Below are positions 1 through 8,152 of a stretch of 64,000 nucleotides of DNA, in pieces (the first letter of the stretch is position 1; each line of letters opens with the position of its first letter). The stretch covers positions 6,031 through 70,030 of the forward strand of contig CAWGWT010000004.1 in the NCBI GenBank assembly GCA_963826325.1, given 5' to 3'. A model generated the notes under the pieces. It did not search any database and was not told the DNA's origin. It was given only the letters and a program-made list of their open reading frames with translations. This stretch comes from Vulcanimicrobiota bacterium (GTDB lineage Bacteria; Vulcanimicrobiota; Vulcanimicrobiia; Vulcanimicrobiales; Vulcanimicrobiaceae). The translations under genes were made by a program, and so were the position numbers.

Positions 1-506
1 CGTCGAACGTGGCCCACGCCCAAAGTAAAAAGCCTCTTCGCCGGCATGAGCCGGAAGCGCTCGGCGCCGACTTGGCGGCACAGCCATTGCGCATGCTTGC
101 GAAGCGCGAAGCCCTGCGGCACCTTAAGCGTCGTCCACAGCCGATAACTGCTGCCCGGTGAGATCGCGTCCGTAGTACGGATCACTACGTGACCCGAAAA
201 CGGATCGTTGCGAAACATGTACTCGAAGGCACGCTCGAGTTTGTCCGGTGCGATTTCCCACGCGCAGAGAGCTCCGCTTGCCAAGCTCGTGGAGAGTAAC
301 GTTTGCCGTACGCGACGAACGGTGCCGGCGCGAAGCATCGCGACGATGCGTTCGATGACCGTCTCGACAGGGATGCCGCTTCGGTCCGCGATCTCACCGA
401 AAGGATCCGATTGAAATCCCACCAAGCGATCTTCCGAAACCGCGAGGATCGCGGCGTTAATCGGGTCCGAAATCGTCGCCGGTACCTCAGAAGCCTGGCG
501 GATCAT
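1..506 (-). CDS. Lrp/AsnC-type HTH protein resembling siroheme decarboxylase (NirD/AhbA family); 3' end runs off the window
   Basis: Open frame from ATG (complement of 504-506) to the window edge. It is absent from the ORF track because it has no stop in the window. My translation is MIRQASEVPATISDPINAAILAV...SGIPVETVIERIVAMLRAGTVRRVRQTL...FSGHVVIRTT...YRLWTTLKV, with an HTH followed by a NirD/AhbA-like C-domain. The start lies 6 nt after the TolC-like stop. Confidence 0.4.
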   Translation of the reverse strand, partial: MIRQASEVPATISDPINAAILAVSEDRLVGFQSDPFGEIADRSGIPVETVIERIVAMLRAGTVRRVRQTLLSTSLASGALCAWEIAPDKLERAFEYMFRNDPFSGHVVIRTTDAISPGSSYRLWTTLKVPQGFALRKHAQWLCRQVGAERFRLMPAKRLFTLGVGHVR

Positions 507-512
507 CGTTTT

Positions 513-2114
513 TTAGATTTGAACGTCGCTGATACCCATCGCGTACAAGTAGTTCTGTTGTGCCGTCTGCACGCCATAGAGTGCGGTGATATAGGCTGCC
601 TGGGCGGTGGTCAGGTTTGCCTCCGCCGTCACGACGTTGAGGATCGTCGTCGCGCCGACTTTGTATTGAGCCTGCGTCGCGCTCAGTGAGACTTGAGCCG
701 ACGTGAGCTCGGATTGTGCCTGAACCAAAGACGAGCGCGCCGAAATCAACGTCGCCAAGGCCGACCGAACGTCGGACTCCACCGTGAGCTTCGTCGAGTT
801 GAGCGTCGCGATCGCCTGATCCACCTGCGCCGCGGCGTTGGCAATGTTATAGTTCGTCAGGCCTTGGTCATAGATCGGCACGGTCAGGTTGAGCCCAACC
901 GTCTTGTCGTTGGAATAGCTTGCTGCGGCCCCGGGCAAAGGCGCTGCCGATATCTTTGGCGCAAAGTCGCCGTGCCGTAGCAATCGATAATCTGGCGGCT
1001 GACGCTATCGCTGGCGCCCGCCGATAGGATCGGGAATCTAGCCAGCTTGTTGAAGCGCAGATTTTGCTGCGCCGAAAGTACGTTATATGCGGCCGAGATA
1101 TAATCGGGGCGCATAATCATCGCCCGTTTCAACGAGACCGCGTACGTCGGGTTGGGAGCGGCGGGCTGCCCCATGACCTGTTGCGGCACGACTTGGGCAT
1201 CCGCGTCGAGCCCGAGCGTCGTCGCAAAAGTTGCTTGGGCACCAATTGCCGTCCCTTGGGCCGTCACGAGATTTCCGCGTGCTTGCGCCGTTTGGAACTG
1301 AGCCGCGGCGATGTCGGAGCGGGCTGCGGCGCCGTTGCGAATCTGCGCCGCGACGGACGACTCATTGACCTCGAACTCGCGTACCAGCTGCGCGTCCGCC
1401 GTGACGGTCGCGTTATCTTCGAGAACGGCAAAGTATGCGTTCGCAACATTGAGCGCGAGTGTCTGGAGCTGGCGCAGCAAGGTCGCGCGCCCAGCAATGT
1501 CGGCCTCTTTTGCCGAGCGAATGTTGGCAATGGTGCGGCCGCCGTCGTAGATCAATTGCGTGATGGAAATCGTGGCGGATTCGTTCGTGACCGTTGCCCG
1601 TTGAACAGGCGGAGCGGGCAGTCGCTAGTCCTGAGATAGCTGATGGGCTCGGGCTAGTTGTCGGGCCGCCTGTGGCTCCGGTGCTCGTCGTTCCGTTACT
1701 GTATTGGTTGCCGATCTGCGCGTTGCCGCTTACTCCAGGGTAGAGCGCCTGAACCGCAGACGTATACCTCGCGTGAATCGCCGCCCATTGCGCATTTTGC
1801 AGGGCAAACGTCGGCGACAGCGCGACGCCGATTCGAATCGCGTCGGCCAGCGATATGGATTGCGGGACCCCTTTTTTGGGCGTAAGGTTCGCCACGTCGG
1901 GCGCAGGCGTACCGTAGGCGGGATAGGGGAGCGGCGTACCGCTGATGGTCGGTTGCGGAAGCGGAGAAGGCATCTGAATACCCGGAACCCCGGGTATTTG
2001 ACCTTGATCCGGCTCCGGAGTCGGGAGCGTCTGCGCAATGCCAACACCGCTCGCAAGAGCGCCTAACGCGAGCGATACGAAGAGCGCTCGCGCGCGAAGC
2101 ATTCCTCGGCCCAT
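513..2114 (-). pseudogene. TolC-family outer membrane efflux protein, split over three frames by two frameshifts
   Basis: ORFs 1413-2114 (signal peptide plus TolC N-terminal region), 884-1555 (middle repeat, ...LIYDGGRTIANIRSAKEADIAG...) and 513-983 (C-terminus, ...LNLTVPIYDQGLT...QQNYLYAMG) are collinear pieces of one outer membrane factor. The frame switches lie near 1590-1625 and 960-1010. Confidence 0.7.
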
Positions 2115-2115
2115 C

Positions 2116-3390
2116 TCAGTGCACCGAGCCGTTGGTCGAAGAGGCTGAGCCGTTTACCGCTACCACGCTGCCGTCCTTGAGCGCATCGGGACGCGTCGTG
2201 ACGACCGTTGTGCCCGGTTGGATTCGAGGACTAATGACTTGCGATAGGGTGTCGGTCTGGACACCGACGCGTACCGGTACTGCCTGGGCTTTATTATTGA
2301 CGACCACATACACGATATTGCCATTAGGCGACTGCGCCACCGCACTGCGAGGGACGACGACCGCACCGTCTGCTCGCGACTTCGTCACAGTGACCGTCAC
2401 CAGCATGCCGCCTCGCAAGACGTAGCCGGGATTCTGCAACTCGAGCCGGGCTAGATACGACAGGGTGCCTGAGGTCGGCACCAAGTTCACCGTCTCCACC
2501 GGACCGTTGAACGTGCGACCCGGCAGCGACGTCGATTTGAACGTCACCGAAATGCCCGGATGCACGTACGGCAAATCCTCATCCGGCACGTTGAGGTTCA
2601 GCCAAACCCTATCGACACGCGCAACTTGGAGCACGGGCTGAGAAGGCGAACCATACGCTCCCGGATCGACCAGCCGGTTCGCCACGACCGCGTCATAAGG
2701 AGAGTAGAGGTACGTCTGTGAGAGCTGCGTACTGAGCAGTTGAGCTTGGGCCGCGGCGGCTACGGCCTGTGATTGCTGCGCCTTCACGTTCTGCAGGCTG
2801 ACGACGTTGTTGCGCAAGCCAACTACGGAGTTATTATACGTCTGCTCCGCTTGCACGTAGTTTGCTTGCGACTGCTGCAGAGTGGTCTCCGAGACATAGC
2901 CCTGCTTGTAAAGCTGTTTGTTCTGATCGTAGACGAGCTTTGCGTTTTCGAGTGAAGCTTTCGCGGTTTGAACCGCCGCTTCGTTGGTCTGGACCTGTAC
3001 AGGGTATCCCACGACCGAACCCTGGGCTGCCTCCGAATACTGCGCCTCCTGTGCGCGCGCCTGAGCTAGCTGCGCCTCCAGCGTCCGCGGGTCGATCGTA
3101 GCCAGCAACTCTCCCTTTCGCACCAAATCGCCGATGTTCACATTGATCTTCGTGATCGTGCCGCTCTGCTGAAAGGCGAGTGTCGATTGATCGAGCGGCG
3201 CAATCTGTCCATCCAGAGTGAGATAGGTGGCAAGGTTTTGTCGCGTAGCCGCCGCGGCATCTACGGTCAGCGGCGGCGCCGCCGGCGGCGGCTTCTTTCC
3301 GCACGCAGCGAGAAGCGGCAGCGCTACCATCGTAGCGAGCGCCAACGACGTTGCTCTCAAAGAAACGGAAGAGGGTGTCATTCTGAGCAT
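2116..3390 (-). CDS. Efflux transporter periplasmic adaptor subunit (HlyD/membrane fusion protein family), lipoprotein
   Basis: ORF 2116-3426. It has a coiled-coil segment (QLAQARAQEAQ...), beta-barrel and lipoyl-like motifs, and a lipobox PLLAAC. I prefer ATG 3390 (or 3381) over 3426 because the signal peptide length is then normal and AGGAAAG lies upstream. The stop is 1 nt from the TolC-like start. Confidence 0.8.
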   Translation of the reverse strand: MLRMTPSSVSLRATSLALATMVALPLLAACGKKPPPAAPPLTVDAAAATRQNLATYLTLDGQIAPLDQSTLAFQQSGTITKINVNIGDLVRKGELLATIDPRTLEAQLAQARAQEAQYSEAAQGSVVGYPVQVQTNEAAVQTAKASLENAKLVYDQNKQLYKQGYVSETTLQQSQANYVQAEQTYNNSVVGLRNNVVSLQNVKAQQSQAVAAAAQAQLLSTQLSQTYLYSPYDAVVANRLVDPGAYGSPSQPVLQVARVDRVWLNLNVPDEDLPYVHPGISVTFKSTSLPGRTFNGPVETVNLVPTSGTLSYLARLELQNPGYVLRGGMLVTVTVTKSRADGAVVVPRSAVAQSPNGNIVYVVVNNKAQAVPVRVGVQTDTLSQVISPRIQPGTTVVTTRPDALKDGSVVAVNGSASSTNGSVH

Positions 3391-3429
3391 ATCTTTCCTA
3401 AAGATCAGTCCTTCATTTAGTCTCATATA

Positions 3430-3465
3430 CGGCGGCCAACCGCCTTTGATTCAAAGGAACCGCCG
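3430..3465. promoter_or_regulatory. Imperfect palindrome in the divergent promoter region between the efflux operon and the thioesterase gene; candidate operator
   Basis: Core CCTTTGA-T-TCAAAGG at 3443-3457, flanked by CGGCGG (3430-3435) and CCGCCG (3460-3465). Confidence 0.3.
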
Positions 3466-3532
3466 CGGGAGCCTACAGCTAGGCAGAACCTCGGCATGAA
3501 GTAATCGGCTGCGGGGCGTATCTCCCGGGGGC

Positions 3533-3928
3533 ATGACCGTGAAGCTCGACATCGGCCGCTCGTACAGCCTTCAGAGCCGCGTCGAGGAGTGGATGACAGC
3601 CGAAAAGGCCGGGAACAAGGGCGTCGACGTGCTCTCCACCTCGATGCTCGTTCAGCTGGTCGAGAGTGCGGCGATCCATTGCGTCGAGCCGATCTTGCGG
3701 ACCGGTCAGATCACTCTCGGAACGCACATCGATCTCGAGCATAAGAAGCCGGTTCCAGTCGGCTTTATCGTGCGCACCGAAGTCGAGGTCGTGATGCTCG
3801 ATGGCCCGCGCGTCAGCTTCGCCGTCCAAGTCTTCGACGAACAAGAAGCGGTAGCGGAGGGAACCCACGAGCGGTACATCATAGAAAAGGCCAAGTTCCT
3901 GGCGAAACTGCGCGAAAAGCTGGCCTGA
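3533..3928 (+). CDS. Hotdog-fold thioesterase (fluoroacetyl-CoA thioesterase-like family)
   Basis: 131-aa ORF. The pattern ...STSMLVQLVESAAIHCV...GTHIDLEHKKPVPVG...VRTEVEVV... is typical of small hotdog thioesterases. Confidence 0.65.
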   Translation: MTVKLDIGRSYSLQSRVEEWMTAEKAGNKGVDVLSTSMLVQLVESAAIHCVEPILRTGQITLGTHIDLEHKKPVPVGFIVRTEVEVVMLDGPRVSFAVQVFDEQEAVAEGTHERYIIEKAKFLAKLREKLA

Positions 3929-3989
3929 GTAGCCTGCCACTGCAGGGGAGGCAATCGCCCGTCCCCGAAAAGGTGGCGAAAGGTTACTA

Positions 3990-4012
3990 CCGGACCGGGC
4001 CGCAGGGTCCGG
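3990..4012 (+). terminator. GC hairpin downstream of the thioesterase gene; possible terminator without a U-tract
   Basis: CCGGACC (3990-3996) pairs with GGTCCGG (4006-4012). Confidence 0.3.
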
Positions 4013-4051
4013 CCGATTAGGCCTAAGCTCAATTAATAGCAGGAGGACACA

Positions 4052-5374
4052 TTGAAGCGACTGAGCACTGGAATCCTCGCCGGCCTAACGATGGTTGGTC
4101 TTGGATTCAACGCGGTCGCAGCCCAGCCTGGAGCATCGCATGGCAACATTGGAACCAACGCGGTCGCTCAGGACCAGGGTGCGATGGCTGCTCCGCCGGC
4201 GAATTTCGGATCCCCGCCGTCGGGTCAGTATCCAATTCTCTTCAATGACCACCACGTCTATGCCAAGCCCGATATTCTGAAGCAGGCTCGCGTCCTTGCC
4301 GCGCTAGTGCGCGGGGGAACGCTCTTAATCCCGCTTCGCTCGATGTTCGAGCAAATGGGCGCAACTGTGTCGTACGACGCAGGCAGCAAGACCGTGACGG
4401 TCAGCAAAGCCGGCGCCGAGGTCAAAGTGACCGTCGGAAAGCCGGAGGTCATCATCAACGGCGAGTCGCGTCCGCTGGACGTCCCGCCGATCATCTATCA
4501 AGGCACCGTGCTCGTACCGGTTCGCGTGATTTCGGAAGGCATGGGTGCCTACGTCCAGTGGGTGCCGGATCGCCGTATTGTCGTGGTTCGTTATATTCCG
4601 CCGACCCCGCCACCGACTCCGGCTCCGCCGCCACCACCGCCGCCGCCGCCGCCAGCTGCGACGCCGGTGCCTACGGCGCCGCCCTACTACGACTTTTACG
4701 TCGCGGGCGACTACATTATCTCGCCAAAGGTCTACAACGAGTTCGTCCCAGGTACCACCGGCAACAATAACTCCGGCGGCTTCTCGTATCGGCTCCATGG
4801 CGCAATCGAAATCCCGGTCATGAGCCTACCGTTTATGGTCGAAGTCGACTACAGGCAGTACAACTGGCAGCACAATTGCGGTGGCGCGGATTGCTTCGTC
4901 ACGACGATTGGCGGGCTAGGACAAAGTTCGGTTCCGACCTTCATCGGGCGTGACTACGACTTCGATGCACGCCTGGGAATTCGGATCCTAAGGCCGCGCA
5001 TCTATCTCGTGGGTGGATACATATGGCGCGGCAATAACTACGGATACCCGAAGGAAACGGGCGCCGGCGTTGGACTTGAAAAACTGCCGGATCTCGATCA
5101 CGTCTTCTCGTGGTATGGAAGCGCCCTCTACTACTTCGGCGTCAACGGCAACTACTCGAGCGTGCCGTCAGCCTGTGCGCCCACGACGACGTCGTGCTCA
5201 TACAACGTTTCATACGACATCCTCAAGTACGACATCGGCGTGACCTACTCGTTCCCGGGATTCCCACTCTTCATCGAGGCGGGATTCTTGGGCGACCGGG
5301 GTTATAATAACAACGCAGCTCCGATCGGATTCTCCGAAAGCGGCCCGTACGCGGGTATCGGTCTGAAGATCTAA
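4052..5374 (+). CDS. Secreted protein: copper amine oxidase N-terminal-like domain, poly-proline linker, then a C-terminal beta-barrel-like domain
   Basis: TTG start preceded by AGGAGG (4040-4045), with a signal peptide. The CuAO-N-like block is ...LIPLRSMFEQMGATVSYDAGSKTVTVSKAGAEVKVTVGKPEVIINGESRPLDVPPIIYQGTVLVPVRVISEGMGA.... It is followed by PPTPPPTPAPPPPPPPPPPAATPVPTAPP. The last roughly 230 aa are rich in Y/G/N with an alternating hydrophobic pattern. Confidence 0.7.
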   Translation: MKRLSTGILAGLTMVGLGFNAVAAQPGASHGNIGTNAVAQDQGAMAAPPANFGSPPSGQYPILFNDHHVYAKPDILKQARVLAALVRGGTLLIPLRSMFEQMGATVSYDAGSKTVTVSKAGAEVKVTVGKPEVIINGESRPLDVPPIIYQGTVLVPVRVISEGMGAYVQWVPDRRIVVVRYIPPTPPPTPAPPPPPPPPPPAATPVPTAPPYYDFYVAGDYIISPKVYNEFVPGTTGNNNSGGFSYRLHGAIEIPVMSLPFMVEVDYRQYNWQHNCGGADCFVTTIGGLGQSSVPTFIGRDYDFDARLGIRILRPRIYLVGGYIWRGNNYGYPKETGAGVGLEKLPDLDHVFSWYGSALYYFGVNGNYSSVPSACAPTTTSCSYNVSYDILKYDIGVTYSFPGFPLFIEAGFLGDRGYNNNAAPIGFSESGPYAGIGLKI

Positions 5375-5397
5375 GCTTCGGACGGCGCATAAAGTCG

Positions 5398-5431
5398 AAA
5401 GCCCCCGTGCTATGCGGGGGCTTTCATTTTT
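5398..5431. terminator. Bidirectional rho-independent terminator between convergent genes
   Basis: AAAGCCCCCG (5398-5407) pairs with CGGGGGCTTT (5415-5424) around a 7-nt loop, followed by CATTTTTG. Confidence 0.75.
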
Positions 5432-5442
5432 GTGATTTCGCC

Positions 5443-6210
5443 TTAGAGCTTCGTCGGCATCGCACCGGGCGACGCCGGCGGGCCGGGAGCGGGAGCGTCG
5501 ACCGGTCCGGGCGCGAGCGACGGTTGCACGCACGGCGGCGCCATCACGTCCACCGAGGGTTTTCCCGGCGCCGGTGAGGGCGTCGGTGAATCGGCCGGTG
5601 TAGCCGCCGGCATCACACCGGGCGGAAGTGGCGTCGGGCAAAGTTGAGCGAGCGTAAACCAGTGCTCCGTAAACCCGTGGGCAAGACTCGCCTTCATCAC
5701 CTTGCCGAAATAGGTGTTTCCGTATTTTGTGACGAGGATTTGGATGAACTCCCAAGTTGTCTGTTGTTCGGCCTGAGTGTAAACTTTTCGTAGCACCTGG
5801 ATGCCGAGGAAATACGAGCGCGGCAACTGCGGATCGCCTGGATACTTGGTGGCCCAGCGCCGCAATGCTTCCGTGGCGAAGTCGAGTTTAGCGATGAGTC
5901 TGGGATCGGTCGTATACGCACCCGCGCTTATTGATCCGTCCTTGTAGGTGTTGTCGATGCCGAGGTAGCTCATCTTCAAGCGTCCGAAGTACTCGTCGCC
6001 AGGGGCGGAGCTGTTGAACTGTTCGCATTGGACGTGGGCCCATTTGCTCTTCGTCGCGCCGCAGATATCTTTCGTCTTCGATGGGGCCGGCGTCGGCGAA
6101 GCTACGGCCGCTGCTGCTTGCGACCGCGGCGCCGCTGCAAATAAAGCGGCGCTTGCAATGAAAATTGCGAGCGCGAACGCTGGTATCGCACGTGTCACGT
6201 TTGGTAACAT
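5443..6210 (-). CDS. Secreted hypothetical protein with a Pro-rich C-terminus
   Basis: This is the C-terminal 255 aa of ORF 5443-6834; the rest of that ORF is antisense to the nitrilase-family gene. The signal peptide is ...TRAIPAFALAIFIASAALFAAAP. AAAGGAG abuts ATG 6210, so the GTG four codons downstream is an alternative start. Confidence 0.6.
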   Translation of the reverse strand: MLPNVTRAIPAFALAIFIASAALFAAAPRSQAAAAVASPTPAPSKTKDICGATKSKWAHVQCEQFNSSAPGDEYFGRLKMSYLGIDNTYKDGSISAGAYTTDPRLIAKLDFATEALRRWATKYPGDPQLPRSYFLGIQVLRKVYTQAEQQTTWEFIQILVTKYGNTYFGKVMKASLAHGFTEHWFTLAQLCPTPLPPGVMPAATPADSPTPSPAPGKPSVDVMAPPCVQPSLAPGPVDAPAPGPPASPGAMPTKL

Positions 6211-6307
6211 CTCCTTTGGGTCCGCTCGATCTCGTAGAACCCTTTGGGGAGCATTTCTTTCCCGCATAGAGGCTCGCGGCCTTCTCGCCCACGAACCAGT
6301 CGCCAGC

Positions 6308-7603
6308 ATGATTAGCTCGATCCGCGTGGCAGCGCTGCAGCTTCGGGCGCACGATCGTAACGACTTTCCGGTTGCGCTCGAGCGCATTATCGACGTGGTG
6401 CACAAAGCGGCGGCCAACGCCGACTTGGTCGTGATGCCCGAAGCGACCTTGCCTGCGTACGTGCTTGGTGCGTTGCCCGTTGAGCAATCGGCGATCGCGG
6501 CGGCATTGAACCGTCTGCGTGATATCGCGCTTGAGACGCGAACGGTGATCGTCGTAGGCGCCGCCTCTCCAAGCGATGCGGGCGCTCGCAACAGCGCGGT
6601 CGTCATCGACGCGGATGGCTCACTCGCCGGGCATGCCGACAAGCTTTTTCTGTGGCACTTCGACCGTCGTTGGTTTGTGCCGGGCGAACGGATCGCACCG
6701 ATACCGACGGCAATCGGGGTGTTAGGCGTCCTCGTCTGCGCCGACGGACGCCTACCGACCATTGCGCGCGCGCTCGTGGACCGCGGCGCAAGAGTACTCG
6801 TCATGCCTACCGCCTGGGTGACGAGCGGACGCAATCCGCAAGCGCTGGAAAACGTTCAAGCGGATCTCCTCGCCTCGGTGCGAGCTTATGAGAACCACGT
6901 ACCGTTCGTCGCCGCAAACAAATGCAGCAGCGAGCTCGGCATGGTCGCGTACTGCGGAAAGAGCCAGGTCGTCGACTCCCGCGGCGAAATCGTCGCGATC
7001 GCCGGCGAACGCGAGCCGGAAATCTTGCAGGCATCGATCGCACTCGGCGACGGGCCTACGCGAAAGCGGCTTCCTCATCTGCCCTCGCGGGTTGCCGTCG
7101 CCGACCGCGTTGTAAGGCTTGCAATTTCGTTCGATCCGCTTCCGGAGGACGTCGACGACCGCCTCGAACTGCTCGACGACGCGTATGCACTCTCACCGCA
7201 CGATCGGCAGCGAGCGGCCCTCCTCGATTCGGCGCTGCCAGTCGCGTGGGTGCACGACGACCTCGTTCTCGACCCGGCAGGATTGGTCGTACATCGCCGT
7301 GCCGGTTACTCTTTGATCTGTTGGAGCACGGACCTCGGCGCACCCTGGTCGGAGCGTCTCGCGCGAGCGCGGGCGCTCGAGCTGCGACTCTACATGATCG
7401 TCTTCGATTCTTCGCTCTGCCGCGCATTTGCGGTTGATCCCGACGGCACGATCGTCGCCGGTACGTTCGACGGCTACCAGCTTGCAAGCTTCTCCCTCGA
7501 TGCGCGCAAGACCGCAGAGACCGCTGTTGCGCCGGGAAGCGACGTCGGCGAAGCTCTCGAGCGGATCGCCGCCATCATTGAAGAGACGGAGCCACTGACG
7601 TGA
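6308..7603 (+). CDS. Carbon-nitrogen hydrolase (nitrilase superfamily) with a roughly 170-aa C-terminal extension
   Basis: Internal ATG 6308 of ORF 6014-7603 gives MISSIRVAALQ.... An E-K-C triad context is visible (VVMPEATLP, ADKLFLWHF, VLVCADG). The C-terminal part loosely resembles a second, degenerate copy. Confidence 0.75.
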   Translation: MISSIRVAALQLRAHDRNDFPVALERIIDVVHKAAANADLVVMPEATLPAYVLGALPVEQSAIAAALNRLRDIALETRTVIVVGAASPSDAGARNSAVVIDADGSLAGHADKLFLWHFDRRWFVPGERIAPIPTAIGVLGVLVCADGRLPTIARALVDRGARVLVMPTAWVTSGRNPQALENVQADLLASVRAYENHVPFVAANKCSSELGMVAYCGKSQVVDSRGEIVAIAGEREPEILQASIALGDGPTRKRLPHLPSRVAVADRVVRLAISFDPLPEDVDDRLELLDDAYALSPHDRQRAALLDSALPVAWVHDDLVLDPAGLVVHRRAGYSLICWSTDLGAPWSERLARARALELRLYMIVFDSSLCRAFAVDPDGTIVAGTFDGYQLASFSLDARKTAETAVAPGSDVGEALERIAAIIEETEPLT

Positions 7604-8151
7604 ACCAAGCCGACCTCGCGCGCGGCGTTGAATTCCGCAGCGGCAACAAGCTCGTTTCCCTCGCGGCAGCGATCATCGCGGTCCTCGCGGCTCTGGGCAC
7701 GCTGTTTTCGCACCATCGCTCGATCGCTGCGCTCTCGGCGAAGAATCAAGCCATTCTCACGCAAGCTCGTGCCAGCGATACCTACAATGCGTACGAAGCC
7801 AAGCAGACGCGCTATAATATTTATTCGGCGCTGATTGCGACCGATCTGGTACGAAGCCCTAAAAATCGGGCGCGCCTCGAATCGGTCGCCGACAACGAGC
7901 GCTCGTCGTCCCCCGCGGTCTTGAAGAAAGCCGAAGGTCTCGAGGAGCAGTCTGCTCGCGACGACGAGCGCTCCGAAGCGTTCCTGAAATCTTACGAGAT
8001 TTTACAGTTCGCTACGACCATGTTTGAAATCTCGATCGTACTCGTCTCGATTTCAGCACTCGCCGGCGCTCGGCTCTTCCTTCCGCTCGGCTGCGGCCTT
8101 AGCAGCGTAGGTCTCGTACTATTTGTGGTCGGTCTGCTTCAATCACGCTAG
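7600..8151 (+). CDS. DUF4337-like membrane protein
   Basis: GTG start overlaps the upstream stop (GTGA). It has an N-terminal TM segment, a helical region (...ASDTYNAYEAKQTRYNIY...) and C-terminal TM segments. Confidence 0.65.
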   Translation: MNQADLARGVEFRSGNKLVSLAAAIIAVLAALGTLFSHHRSIAALSAKNQAILTQARASDTYNAYEAKQTRYNIYSALIATDLVRSPKNRARLESVADNERSSSPAVLKKAEGLEEQSARDDERSEAFLKSYEILQFATTMFEISIVLVSISALAGARLFLPLGCGLSSVGLVLFVVGLLQSR

Positions 8152-8152
8152 C

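Noticed and set aside
4615-4690. CCG/CCA-rich simple repeat
   Set aside because: It lies in frame inside the CDS and encodes the poly-proline linker, so it is not a non-coding microsatellite.
6211-6834. N-terminal 208 aa of ORF 5443-6834
   Set aside because: This part overlaps the nitrilase-family gene in antisense and is low complexity. A proper signal peptide begins at 6210, so the gene was trimmed.
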